Shown: positions 1-10,947 of the stretch, piece after piece
How positions within the stretch are numbered: position 1 is the first letter of the stretch
How the letters are laid out: each line of letters begins with the position of its first letter
Assembly (NCBI GenBank): GCA_000934665.2
Contig: JYFJ02003971.1
Location: forward strand, 1-35,919
Direction: 5' to 3'
DNA: 35,919 nt
Source: Catajapyx aquilonaris
Taxonomy: Eukaryota
Position numbers and translations under genes: made by a program
Notes under the pieces: generated by a model
The model's input: only the letters and a program-made list of their open reading frames with translations
What the model was told of the DNA's origin: nothing
Databases searched by the model: none

Positions 1-93
1 GTTCGTCTCTCAGGAAAACTGCTTATACCCTCGGAATCAGGATTTTCTGCCCGATTTTTAGAATCCAACTTGTATTTTGAGTGGAGTGTCCCT
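1..93. mobile_element. Terminus of a Kolobok/T2-type non-autonomous DNA transposon, truncated by the window edge
   Basis: Ends ...GAGTGGAGTGTCCCT followed by TTAA (94-97). The reverse complement TTAA|AGGGACAC matches the TTAA-TSD/AGG-terminus signature of T2/Kolobok MITEs. The partner TIR would lie outside the window. Confidence 0.45.
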
Positions 94-3010
94 TTAAAAT
101 TATCTCGAGGTCTAAGTTGTCCGAAAGCCTGCAATAAAATGTGATTTGATTTACTCTCAATATCTCCCTCACACGCACTTCTTATAGAAAGAAGAGTAGG
201 CTTCCTAAGCCAATATGGTAATCGTGGGGTGTAGGAGATATGCGGATAAAGTGAGGTAAAGAAAGGTATAGTCTTTTTTCCTAGCTTGATGTGGTAAAAG
301 TTTGCGAAAACTAATGATATTTTGCTTGTGGGAATTAGCTTAATTTGCAGATGTTCCATGCCATTCCATTCTGATGCCCGTTAATGTAAAATCTTATACT
401 GAAATATTTCATCATGATAGCGTGCGTGCACTCTGAATGAATTTTTCCTAATATTTTATAGCCTCTCCCACCCTGAAACAATAATCAATTAGCATGGCAA
501 CTTTTACTAAAATTGAAAAATGCAACTCATGCAATGTCAGCTGCAATCACGCAGCTACAAAATTATACACTGCATTTTCCGGCATTTTCGGTATGTCTTC
601 CTCTTCGGGGACAGAGTCGTGGAACAACCGATAATCGACGATATCATGACATACAGGAACAGTTATTGGGGTGGTCGATACAGACAGGCAGTCCTTATTA
701 GAAGTGTCTTCATTAGAGGGAGCATCTGTGATAAATATCTATTTAATGACCAAATTCTTGGAATCCTGATATTCAGTTACATAGCAACGGGGATAGTGTG
801 GCATGTTAGATGTTCAGAGTGCAGGTATACAGTACTGCATTTGATAGCATGAGAAAAAGACAGCGACGCAGGTGAAGATGGGGACTATATTGCTGTCACC
901 TTGGCAACGACGTGTCTCAGCATGTCAGATTGCATTCGAAAAATGACAAAATTGCACCTCTGGGGGTGGATTCATCAAATTTTAGTCGTAACGTTAGTTA
1001 CGAACTCGCCGCCGCTGGGAGTGGCGCGATCTACAGTATCCTCACAAATTATCTTGCTTACGAGATTTTTAATTATCTCGTACACCCCACTGTAACTCCT
1101 TTGTTTCGTATAGTTTCCCCGGGACCTTAGAGCCTTAGAGATCAGTAGTGAGGTGGGTTATTGCCGCTCGGGATTGCCAATCCAGTGTGACGAATACTCA
1201 TGGACGATGAATGTGCGGTTGATTATTATTTTGTGTAATTGTAGGGTACATAACACTTTTGTAGTGCAGATATATGTGAATTTTAGCAATAATTTCCATG
1301 AGTTTCCAGTGACGCCTAATTTTTGTAAGTTTCTGCAAGCCTAAAATAAATTACCTTACGTGACTAGAAACAACAACATATAGATAGAGTAACGGAGATA
1401 AATTCCCCGTATGGTGAACATATAGCGATGCTTACCAACTACGATGTAATGGTTTCTTTTTACCTGGAATCATATCGAAGGTCATCACAAAAGACGGAAT
1501 CTAATGCAGCATCCGAAAGAGTGCAGTGACTCGCAACACAATAGCAATAATATGCGGATGCTCAAATAGGTGACATTATAGGATGATGATGGCTAATGTA
1601 TGGCAGAAGAGCAATGATATATAGTATATGAGTCTGGTCACGGATACCTGAACAAGGTCATCGAAGATTCATCCTCTCTCTTGTTGGGTAAGCCTACTCT
1701 GCTCGCCCCTGGATGTGTATGACATGTGCGTGCTTGGATGTACTGCGACCTTCACATTCGAGAACATGAAAGTAATACTTAAGCATTGTCCGTAACATAT
1801 TCTCTCCGGGTAATTGGTCGCGTTTGGCACAGATGTGATTTGTCTGCGTTGGATATGGGCAACTTGGCTGATATGAGAGGGAATTATTTATATTATGCGA
1901 CGATTACTGGGTGATTTTTCAACATCACATGCATACTTATACTATATTAAAATTTTATGAACATTTTTTTAAAAAATTGTAGAGGGCCCTTTCAAAGTCA
2001 CATTATTTATGGCAGCATGCTATACCTGTGTAAATTGCGTAAAGTGGTTAACTCATTTCAACAGCTCCTGGCTTGACCTTCCCTCGCCCTTTGTGTGCTA
2101 TTCGCCCCGTCACATGATTGAAGAAAAATTACTTTGCCAACGAGCTGGGGGTTTAACAATACATGATTTTTTGGAGCTCCTGTAATTACGTTTTACCAAC
2201 CCTTCCCCATGAGCCGGCTTTCAGGTTGGCCGCTGGCTACCGGGTATTCACAACACACACAGAGGGGCAATTTGGGCCAACGCCGGCTCTTTTTAAAGCG
2301 CGATTTTCACTGCTGGGTCACCTTTCTGAAGGGAAGGAAATTATTTTATCCATACAGCCTACTGGCATAAATGGGTTTTGAGTGTAATATAATTGTATTC
2401 GAATTATCATGGAAAAGTTGACTGTTGCCGATCAAATTGCAGGCAGCAATTACAGTAAGTGGAATAAAACCAGATATGGTTATTGTGATGCTGGCCTAAT
2501 ATTTTGAGCAAGATTCCTCCGCTATTGATTTACCATTACACTACCACGTTAGCAAATTCTAATCGAACTTGCACTGGACGATGGCCAAGTGCCATTTGTC
2601 ACGCCTCAGATTCTTCTACCCCAAGTCAGAGAGTTACGATCTTTAAATTATTATTTTCGTTCCTTGTACTGTACAGTATGGCGCCGCAAAATGACCTTCG
2701 GATGGCTTCATTTTCATGCCTTTTCAGTGGTTTATGATAAATTCCCTTGTGTGGGATCATTCTCTTGCACATGTCCTAAGCAGATCTATATTATTTGTCA
2801 ATGGACGGAGAGACAATTACGGAGCCAAAATCTGCGGATGTTCGATTTGGGTTCGGGCCAGATATGAAATGAAGCGTCGCCAGGACTCAGTTAATTGAAC
2901 GTCAATGAGGTAGAAATGATGAGACAAATCTGGTGAATCGTCTGCAGAGTCGCACCATTACTCGTGCCATTAACAGCGAGTCATCTGCCCTTATCACACC
3001 GCCGTTTACA

Positions 3011-3033
3011 AACTACCTTTTGTCTCTTTTCAG
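3011..3033 (+). promoter_or_regulatory. Splice acceptor (polypyrimidine tract + CAG) of the last intron of the GPCR gene
   Basis: CCTTTTGTCTCTTTTCAG|GA lies immediately before recognisable TM7 sequence. The junction is phase 1 (G|GA, Gly). An intron between TM6 and TM7 is an established feature of vasopressin/oxytocin receptor genes. Confidence 0.85.
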
Positions 3034-3509
3034 GAGCAACATTCACCATTCTGACTCTTCTGGCCAGCCTGAACAGCTGCGTCAACCCATGGATCTATCT
3101 AGCCTTCAACCCCAACCTCCTCCTGCACATGTTCCGGGCCCTTCGATGTCCCCGTCGCCACCCGGACAGCCCGTCTCGTCTGGAACGAGGCCCCACCTTC
3201 AGGAGCAGTTCCCTATCCGAAACCCGGTACCACAACGGTACCGAGAGCAGAGCCAGGTACCACCTAGCAACAGCGCTGTCGTACGTGACACACGGAGGGA
3301 GTGTCAGGCACAAGACGGTGCTGAAGCCCAAGCCGGCCAGGTCCGCTTCCATGCGGTCCACGCGCAGCCTGTCCGTGTTTGTGGACCCTTCCAAACGGGG
3401 CTCGCAAGGGAACGTCAAGGGACTCACATCCCCTGGTGACAGTGAAGCGCAAAAACTGGAACTTCAGTGTTGTACACCTCAGATCGGAACACCCAGTCCA
3501 AGTCATTAA
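3034..3509 (+). CDS. Terminal coding exon of a vasopressin/oxytocin-family (inotocin-type) neuropeptide GPCR: TM7, helix 8, C-terminal tail
   Basis: Translation GATFTILTLLASLNSCVNPWIYLAFNPNLLLHMFRALRC... contains the LASLNSCxNPWIY motif typical of OXTR/AVPR-family TM7 (NPxxY). The exon is GC-rich against AT-rich flanks, has a clean acceptor, and stops at TAA 3507-3509. The ORF-track start at 2964 is intronic. Confidence 0.92.
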
Positions 3510-3722
3510 TTCCTTTGTTGTAGAAGAAACTAAAAAAAAAAACTGTGACTGTTAGGTTATAGGTACACTCAATGTCCAAAGAATTGACTGTTACAAGTTT
3601 TTAAATGTTTCTTAAAGGCATATCTATTCTTTGGAGGAAAAGACATGCACTTTCTCGCCTAAGATATAAACCAAATAAGATGTCATTCATTGCCTCAGTG
3701 AAGTGGCATTATAAGAACGACG

Positions 3723-3728
3723 AATAAA
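3723..3728 (+). promoter_or_regulatory. Candidate proximal polyadenylation signal of the GPCR
   Basis: First AATAAA after the stop codon, with T-rich sequence downstream. A second AATAAA lies at 4205-4210. The hexamer is common in AT-rich DNA. Confidence 0.3.
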
Positions 3729-3944
3729 CCTGAGAATAGCCTACTTTACATTTATACTTTACTCATGGTACAAATACTTTCCCACTGTATATTAGTTCTT
3801 AAATTAATACAATACTCTAAAAGTCTAAATCAAAATACATTTTTGCCCTCTCGCAGTTCACCTAAGAACAGCACTGTAGACTGTCCACGATCATATCTCA
3901 TTGAACTCGCTGTCATCATGATTGTAATTTTTCATTATCTTCAA

Positions 3945-4063
3945 GGATCGGCTGTATATGAGAGCAAATCAGGGAAAATCTCCAATTGCGTGTAGGTCTT
4001 GACAATGCTAGTCCGACCAAATTGGAGATTTTCTTCTCCACTTGCGTTTATAAAACCGCCCCC
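3945..4063. mobile_element. Degenerate palindromic MITE-like foldback
   Basis: Exact 14-bp inverted repeat GAAAATCTCCAATT (3974-3987) / AATTGGAGATTTTC (4020-4033). Weaker complementarity extends out to GGATCGGCTGTATA...TATAAAACCGCCCCC. Confidence 0.5.
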
Positions 4064-6116
4064 AACGGTGTATCAAATTGTACATAATTATATTGACTGC
4101 TGTCTCATAAACCAGAGCTAGTATTCCTTTATCAGGAGTCCATCATCGTATTTTATAATGTGCTCCTAATTTAGTTAAAAAGAGTAAAATTTATTATTTG
4201 CACAAATAAATAGAACGACTTTCATATTTTTGATTGTTATTAAGATGAGTTGAAACTCAACGACTGCCCCATATTTTGACCTTCTATTTTGTTGCCAACA
4301 CGCCACAAAAATAACCGTTAATCTGAAATATTATAACCCGATGGTTGGTTTCTCAGCTATGGGTTGGGATCTCGCTGACATTTCTTACTGACAAATCTGG
4401 GCACCTAAAATGTCAGCCTTTCTTCCATGTCCGGATTTCTTTGGTTGCCATGACCAAGCCGAGAAACTGATGTCTCCACGAACACCCTGAAATACCTCAC
4501 CCGTACGTGTAATGTGTTTCATGGGTACTTGATCCTTCAAAGGAACAGAGGTTGTTGGCCAAATTACGGCATTCGTTCTCCATATATAGAGATTCCCTTG
4601 ATTAATCCCTGCAGCTAACTTGCCAACCATCCGTGTAATATTACTCACTTCCTGGGACCTGCAAATGCCGCCGTTTGCAGAACCGTATCTCTCAAAGTCT
4701 CGCACCCTACAAGAGCCATGGGAATCCAGTCTCCGTCAATATCGGGTCGTTTAAAAGGATATAACCGTGTGACCCCGCTAGAAAATGAGATGTGTGCTAG
4801 GACGACTGAGTCACATTCTGCTCAAATTATGCAGTAAAATCATTATTGCTCTCCTGTGATGTGGTGAATTACACTTTTCTACACGATCATAATTATATTT
4901 CAGTTCTTTCTCATTTATACTTGTACAAACTGTGTGTAAGGATCGTCATTCCTATTGCAACAGCAATTATCATGAGAATACTGTGAATATTTTTCTAAAT
5001 TCATATTATTCGTGTCAGTCATAGAGTACGTACCGTATGCCAGTAAAGTGTGTCCCAATGTCCGCTACATTAATTAGTATTTTTCTGAACCAGCCAATGT
5101 GCAGGCCTGGCCTTTATATGTGCTCTACAGTACAAGAAAAAATTGGCTTCAGCCATCATGCTTTGTCATATTCTTTCTAAAATGTTCTTGTTATACAGAA
5201 GGGTGCTTTCTATACTAGTAGGTCATCCGGCCGGCATCGCAGTGTAAAAATGACTCACTGCAGATAATTACCGACAATACTGATCAACTTTTGTGAAGTT
5301 GCTTCGTTCTTAGTAATCATTATCACTCTAAACCTCAGTAAGTAAGCGGGTCCACTTGCCAGGCTATCTCCATATAAAAAGGTGTTGTATGTGTTGCCGC
5401 CCGTGTCTAGGAACAGGTCCAACCTCTCCCTCGCTACCTCAAAATTTGATCCTTTACATAGGCTATTTGACTTGTTTTGGGCCAACAATTAAGGTGCGAG
5501 TTGGATAATCCACCAGTCAGAAACACCTTGCATATACTACGTCTGTTGACAATGTTTTCTTACCCATTTCTTTACGAGTATGGCTAAAAATTTACTGTAA
5601 GCAATAGCTTTACTTTTATGTTTGGTGAAGTGTTGTTAATGCCCTGCATTGTTTAACAATTAAAAATATATCCTGTATAGCTATAGGAATACATGGGAAT
5701 AATGTGACTTCAAGGGCTAATATTGCATGAACGTAAATTATACACTGGGCAAATAGATTTCAAAAAGGTCAGACTGAAACATTTTCGCATTATCTGGAGT
5801 TAGATTGTTTGAACTCATTCCACATAAAGCAAAAAAGATTCAACCCTTTCGAAAACTGTCCGCCCTTTCCATCTCCTTTACCCTATTAGATCAGAGACTC
5901 GCCGATACGAATATAAGCTGAATTATGAAGCACAGTATTCGTCCGCAGTTCAATCATTTGCGGTGCTACTTTGAAAATACAGTTTCAGAGGTATTTTTGT
6001 TAAACTCTTAATGGCGATAGTTCACAGAATTTTGCAACGTCTACCGATACTGATGTGCAAAATCAGCAACCTTTATATATCAAGAACACCTGTAACAGAA
6101 AGAATTAAGTTCAAAG

Positions 6117-6143
6117 CCCCCCCCCCCCCNCCCCCCCCCCCCC
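6117..6143. repeat. Poly-C homopolymer (contains an N)
   Basis: 27-nt C run with N at 6130. It is G-quadruplex-competent on the minus strand; the length is unreliable. Confidence 0.9.
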
Positions 6144-8760
6144 AACCCTTTCATTTCGGAAGTGCCTGAAACTTCCAGTTTACAGGGCTTCTAGTAGTAC
6201 TAGTACTGTGTACCCTGTTTTCAGCTATCTTTGAATCTTTAAGAGATAATACAAAATACTTCCCTCGCTGCTATTAATTTCTTCCTATTATTGATTCTTA
6301 GTCATTCTCACTGCAGTAACCAGTGAGCATGAAGGGTGCCTGACAAATATGTCCGCTGTTTAAAATTAGACAAATATTTTTTTGTAGTAAAGTATAAAGC
6401 TTCTATATACATATTAATTGCATTTTAATCCGGCATTGCTTCCACTTAGTGATGAGCGATTCAATGCCGTGGTACAACTTATTTCTTGAATATGACAATA
6501 ATAATTGACATAAGAACAGGATATCATGGCATAAATGATAATATTTTCATTGGAATCTCAATTAAAATTACTCATCTAACGTGATATCAATTCTCAATTT
6601 TAGGATAACATCTTCAACGTATCGAGAAAATCAGGTTCTACTGATCTGACTCAACCATGGCACAAATAATGTATGATCATTATGGCTTTTTGTTGTAAAG
6701 GCGAAAAATCACTGCAACATAACTAAAACGTGGTTCAAGAACTGATTCTCACAGCAGGAGAGGCAACTATTTCATTTAAATGTTCATGTTAATTTAATTA
6801 AGCAAATTGAAATTTTATCAGAAACAATAGCGCAAAAGTATGTTTTCTATCAAAAAAGCAAGAAAGATATGCATGTGTTGCAGCAAATGAAAACATGCAC
6901 GTATTAGGAATTAAATATATTCTAATTCTATTCACACTCATACTTTTCAAGTCGTTGCGAAGGTGTTGGAAGTAAACATTCATCAACTTGGGTCTGACTG
7001 ATATAAGAAAATTGAGAATTGACAACTTATGGAATTATTGAAAATTATTGGGCCTGGTACTGTAGGCCTACAAGATAAGCTGCTTGTTTATTTTCTATGC
7101 ATTTGCTGTGTGGCAATATGGCCGTCATTTTATTGCTCGCCTTGCAATTAATATGTTAGGCATAGTGCTCATCACATCAATTAAATACTAAGTAGTGTGC
7201 TGTATAGGCCAGAGTATGTGTGAAGGCAAGAACAAAAGAAACACATGTAATGCTCCACAGGTGAACGAAAACCATTTGAACATGTACGAATACTTAATGA
7301 CTGACACAATATTTATAGCCTGAAATAATGTTTATTTTCTCACGAGAAAAACCGCTATTTTTCAATTAGAAGCATAAAATATAATGAATATTAAGTGGCC
7401 TTGACATCATATTGGAATTTGGCTTTTGGCATCATGTAATTCAGCATGAAATAATTTGTCACTTTCAATGAGATGTCTTTTACACTAAGAATAACAGGAA
7501 GTCTGCAGCACTTTATTATATCGCACGTTGGTAAGAATATATCACAAAAGTCCAACAAGTAAACTTGATATAAGATCACTTTGAAAGTGTCATTGTAGCA
7601 GAAACAGTGGCGAAATACAAAATGCAAGAGAGGCATATGCCCTATCTGCTGGTGGAATATAAGATATCGCATTGTGCCTCTTTTCTTGCTCAAGGTGCAC
7701 CCTGCCATGGATCTCAATCTATTCGTAACCATAACACAAAACGGGAGTCATCTTGACTTTTCCACTTGTGATAGGAGATAGGACCAAGAAAAAGACAAAG
7801 CACTTCATATCTGATCTACGTAGCTTAAACGATGTGCGCAGGTCGTTCCTGCTGAGTACGTAGCTCCTACTAATCAATGTGCCAACCAATATTGTTGCTA
7901 ATGTCAATCGAGCAAGTATCCGACTCATGCGCAACCTTAAAACTCATTCAAATTTTGTCCAACTCGAACATGTTTTTAAACTTACTGTACGGTACATGTC
8001 TATTGGACCTTTTCATCTGTATTGGAGTCACCATCCTAACCAATAATTAATTATTGATTCCGTTGCGATTGGAAAAGGAATCCATGAGATGCCCAGAAGC
8101 TGGGTGCAAAAGTCTGTCACGTGAGAATTGAGTGAGGTAATGAGTCTCATCAGCGTCCATATTAGAGTTACCACAAGACGAATTTGAACGCGTCCTGTCA
8201 TAATTTATGAATTTTAACATTACCAGTTTATTCTTCAGGTTCTTTGTATATGTTGTAAATTTTTTACGTAAAGTCGGAATCTATTGCAGTATGTCGGAGC
8301 TAAAGTCGTAACCTGGCGGTACTACCTTTTAAATAATTTGCGGGAAAAATTCATGTACACAGAGAACTGTGCATGCTCAAAATAAATTAATGTATTATTC
8401 CTATAATTATGATTGATAACCTTTCCTCATGGGCTTATCATTATTAGTACCGTGAACAATACAGGAATTTGTGTACAGGATGTGGAACATACGTAGGCTA
8501 CAGTACAAGATGTATACACCTTGGTACAGTACTACTTGATATAACCTACTGTAAACATGCAGATAATATGGTTGATTTAAAATTATACTCGCAGGGGTAA
8601 TTTCTGTTTGTGAGTATTTCCAATAAATTATTGTTTCAGGTCCATCGATCATCTTAGCCGATTATACCTATGTACGAAATGTATGATATGGTTTATATTT
8701 ATGGCAGCTCAATGTAAGTACAAGTATCGTACAGTATTCATGTAAGAAGGAGGGAAGTAG

Positions 8761-8925
8761 TCTAAAGGTGTGTTCTCAAGCTCGTGAGAAATTATCGTAG
8801 CGAAGGCGTGAGGGATCAAATTAAGCCAATTCTCGAACCAAATTGATTATCACTCAAGCTAAGCATGCAGCCTCAAATTCGCTCTCAAATTTTCGTTCTT
8901 ACGAGCTTGGGAGCGCACTTTCAGA
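8761..8925. mobile_element. MITE with ~30-bp terminal inverted repeats (possibly PIF/Harbinger-like)
   Basis: 8761-8790 matches the reverse complement of 8896-8925 at 24/30 positions, and all six mismatches are transitions. Inner arms (AGCGAA..TGAGG / CCTCA..TTCGCT) continue the palindrome. Confidence 0.7.
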
Positions 8926-9706
8926 TCTTATTCCTGCATAAGTAAAAAATCGAAAATAAATTATATTAGTTCGTTAAATTGCGGCCTTTTGATCTACAAA
9001 GAACAGTGTTTATGCTTATGAGACAACAGCGGGGTTTTTTATCCATTTAGATGAGACAGAATTGAGAGTAGTATATTGACATGTGGACCAAGCATAATTT
9101 ACACGAGCTCACAAGCCGTTTAATTTGCATTTAAAGAGTATACTAATAAATTACTTAATTAACCCCCCGATTTGGTTTTCAATTTTGCCTAGTATTCACA
9201 TAGTACTTTAGTACTGTACGTCGTCTAGTCTTGAACAAAAATTGGTGCTGTTGACAAGTTCATCACAGAAATGTTTAAGAAGTGTCTCAACATAGCATAT
9301 TTATTTTTGTGATTTGTCATTCCAGTTCGATTAAAATTGCTGTCATCCAGTTTCATTCTGTGAAACACAATAAAGTAAATACTCCAGTAGCAATCATTAG
9401 CTCCTTTCCATCTCCTGGTCTTTGGAACCGCGTCCATAATTTTTGTATATACGTATCTCTCCCATGCAGCAGGTGTTTGACTGTAGAAGTATTGTTTTGT
9501 TGTCTTCATTACTTACCACCTATAGGCTACAAGTAGGATATGAAAATGATATTTCTATGTGTCATGTCCACCTAACAAATAAAATGTATTAAAAGGTACA
9601 ATATAATTTATAACGCTTTGTCTTTTTAACTTACTGACCGTTATCAGACGAGAGCTGGGCGGGATTCCGCGAAAATATTGCGGGTAAGGCCTAGGGCCTG
9701 TTTATT

Positions 9707-10051
9707 TTATTTTTTTTACGTTACCCCGGGATAAGACTTAGCCTTTTTTTAGGGGGGTGGAATACCACCATTACTCTCCAATTTTCCTTTTTAACTTCAT
9801 CACCGGTGCAAGGAGTCAAGGATGTAGGGTATGGATAGGGATTTTTGGGGAGGGAACGTTGGTGCAAGTGCAAGGTCGGTAAAGGGGTCATGTGCTGCTC
9901 CCCAGGAGGTTAGGTTGCCAGACACCTCCTTGGTGCAGGTCGGAGACCCTCCTGACGCAGGTGAAAGGAAAGTTCCCCAGGCGGGGATCGAACCTGGGGC
10001 CTTTCACTCACCAAGCCGTGACGTTACCATCACGGCCACCACACCTCCCCA
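9707..10051 (-). mobile_element. Full-length tRNA-derived SINE (family A, copy 1) with A-rich tail and TSD
   Basis: The minus strand begins GGGGAGGTGTGGTGGCCGTGATGG (A box), has a GGTTCGATCCC B box (9984-9994) and ends in an AAAAAAAATAA tail. It is flanked by the 12-bp direct repeat GGCCTGTTTATT (9695-9706, 10052-10063). A homologous copy starts at 19166. Confidence 0.92.
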
Positions 10052-10821
10052 GGCCTGTTTATTATCCAGAAATCGTGTTGAAATATTTCAATATGTACGC
10101 TTGTTATCGCGAATCCGGTGTTTTCGCGCCAACAGTAAAAAGTCAATGCCAAATGAACTACAACGCAACAATTAGTGAGAGTGTTTGATATTAGAAATCA
10201 CGTATTACACCAGTTAAAAAATGTAAACTGCAAATAGTACAGTACAGTGATTTAATGTTTGGATCTCAGCAATGTTTTTTTTCTCTCCAGATAACAAGGG
10301 TTTCGGGACAACAAAAAGATTGAAGGTCAGTACATTACAGCATAAGCAAAAAAGCTAGAAAAATATCAGTTCCTGGCATTGCAATAACATGTCTGCCATT
10401 CTACAGTATTTATGGACCTCCGGGCCTTAGAGCGAGAAGCTAATTAAAAAGCTCACCGCCACGCAATGGTCTATTACAACAATGGGTACAACAGTGCTAA
10501 ATAGACTCTCAGTGATTATGGTTTTCTCATTTCCCGCAGCAAGGCAGCAGGGGACAGGACACGAGATTCTTCATCCTGTCCGGTATGCAACACACATAAC
10601 AGGTACGTATCCTGCCATAGGGGCAACCCGGACGGCGAAATACAGCTACACTGTGTCAAAGTTACGGCGACCCGACCATAAAGGCCCCGCGGCAACTACT
10701 ACCCTACTACACTACTGTTAAATTGCATTAGCACTTAGGCCCAGTTGGATGAACAGAAGATTAAGGTATCCAATTAATCAATCTATTATGCACTAGTCTC
10801 AATGAAACAATCGCATATTTA

Positions 10822-10947
10822 GGGCCAGTTTCACCGAGCTCGGTACATGATAAAACCAGGTTTCTTTAGGAAAATCCATACAAATATGTAGGAATTTTCC
10901 CAAAGAAACCTGGTTTTATCATATACCGAGCTCAGTGAAACCGGCTC
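10822..10947. mobile_element. 126-bp fully palindromic MITE, PIF/Harbinger (Tourist)-like
   Basis: 61-bp arms with 7 mismatches around a 4-nt AATA loop. It begins GGGCCAGTTTCAC and has TTA on both sides (10819-10821, 10948-10950), matching the TWA TSD of PIF/Harbinger elements. Confidence 0.88.

Noticed and set aside
513..2898. Short ORFs upstream of the exon as possible earlier GPCR exons
   Set aside because: None shows TM6 (CWxP) or other class A motifs, so the region is treated as intron.
2933..3506. Alternative-frame (168 aa) and antisense (110 aa, 80 aa) ORFs overlapping the GPCR exon
   Set aside because: Expected shadows of a GC-rich exon. They have no recognisable motifs, and the + alternative ORF starts in the intron.
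8100..8160. Hammerhead core CTGATGAG on the minus strand (also CTGANGA near 13255, 26169 and 31368)
   Set aside because: No stem II closed by GAAA at the proper position in any case.
9895..9960. HDV-like ribozyme in the SINE A body (CTAA followed by CCTCCTG pairing with upstream CAGGAGG)
   Set aside because: I could not build P1/P1.1 and a canonical L3, and copy 2 alters the TCC. An RNArobo or Infernal search would settle it.
9831..10188. Similar ORFs here and at 19031-19502 suggesting a duplicated gene
   Set aside because: They are translations of the two SINE copies, with frameshifts between them.
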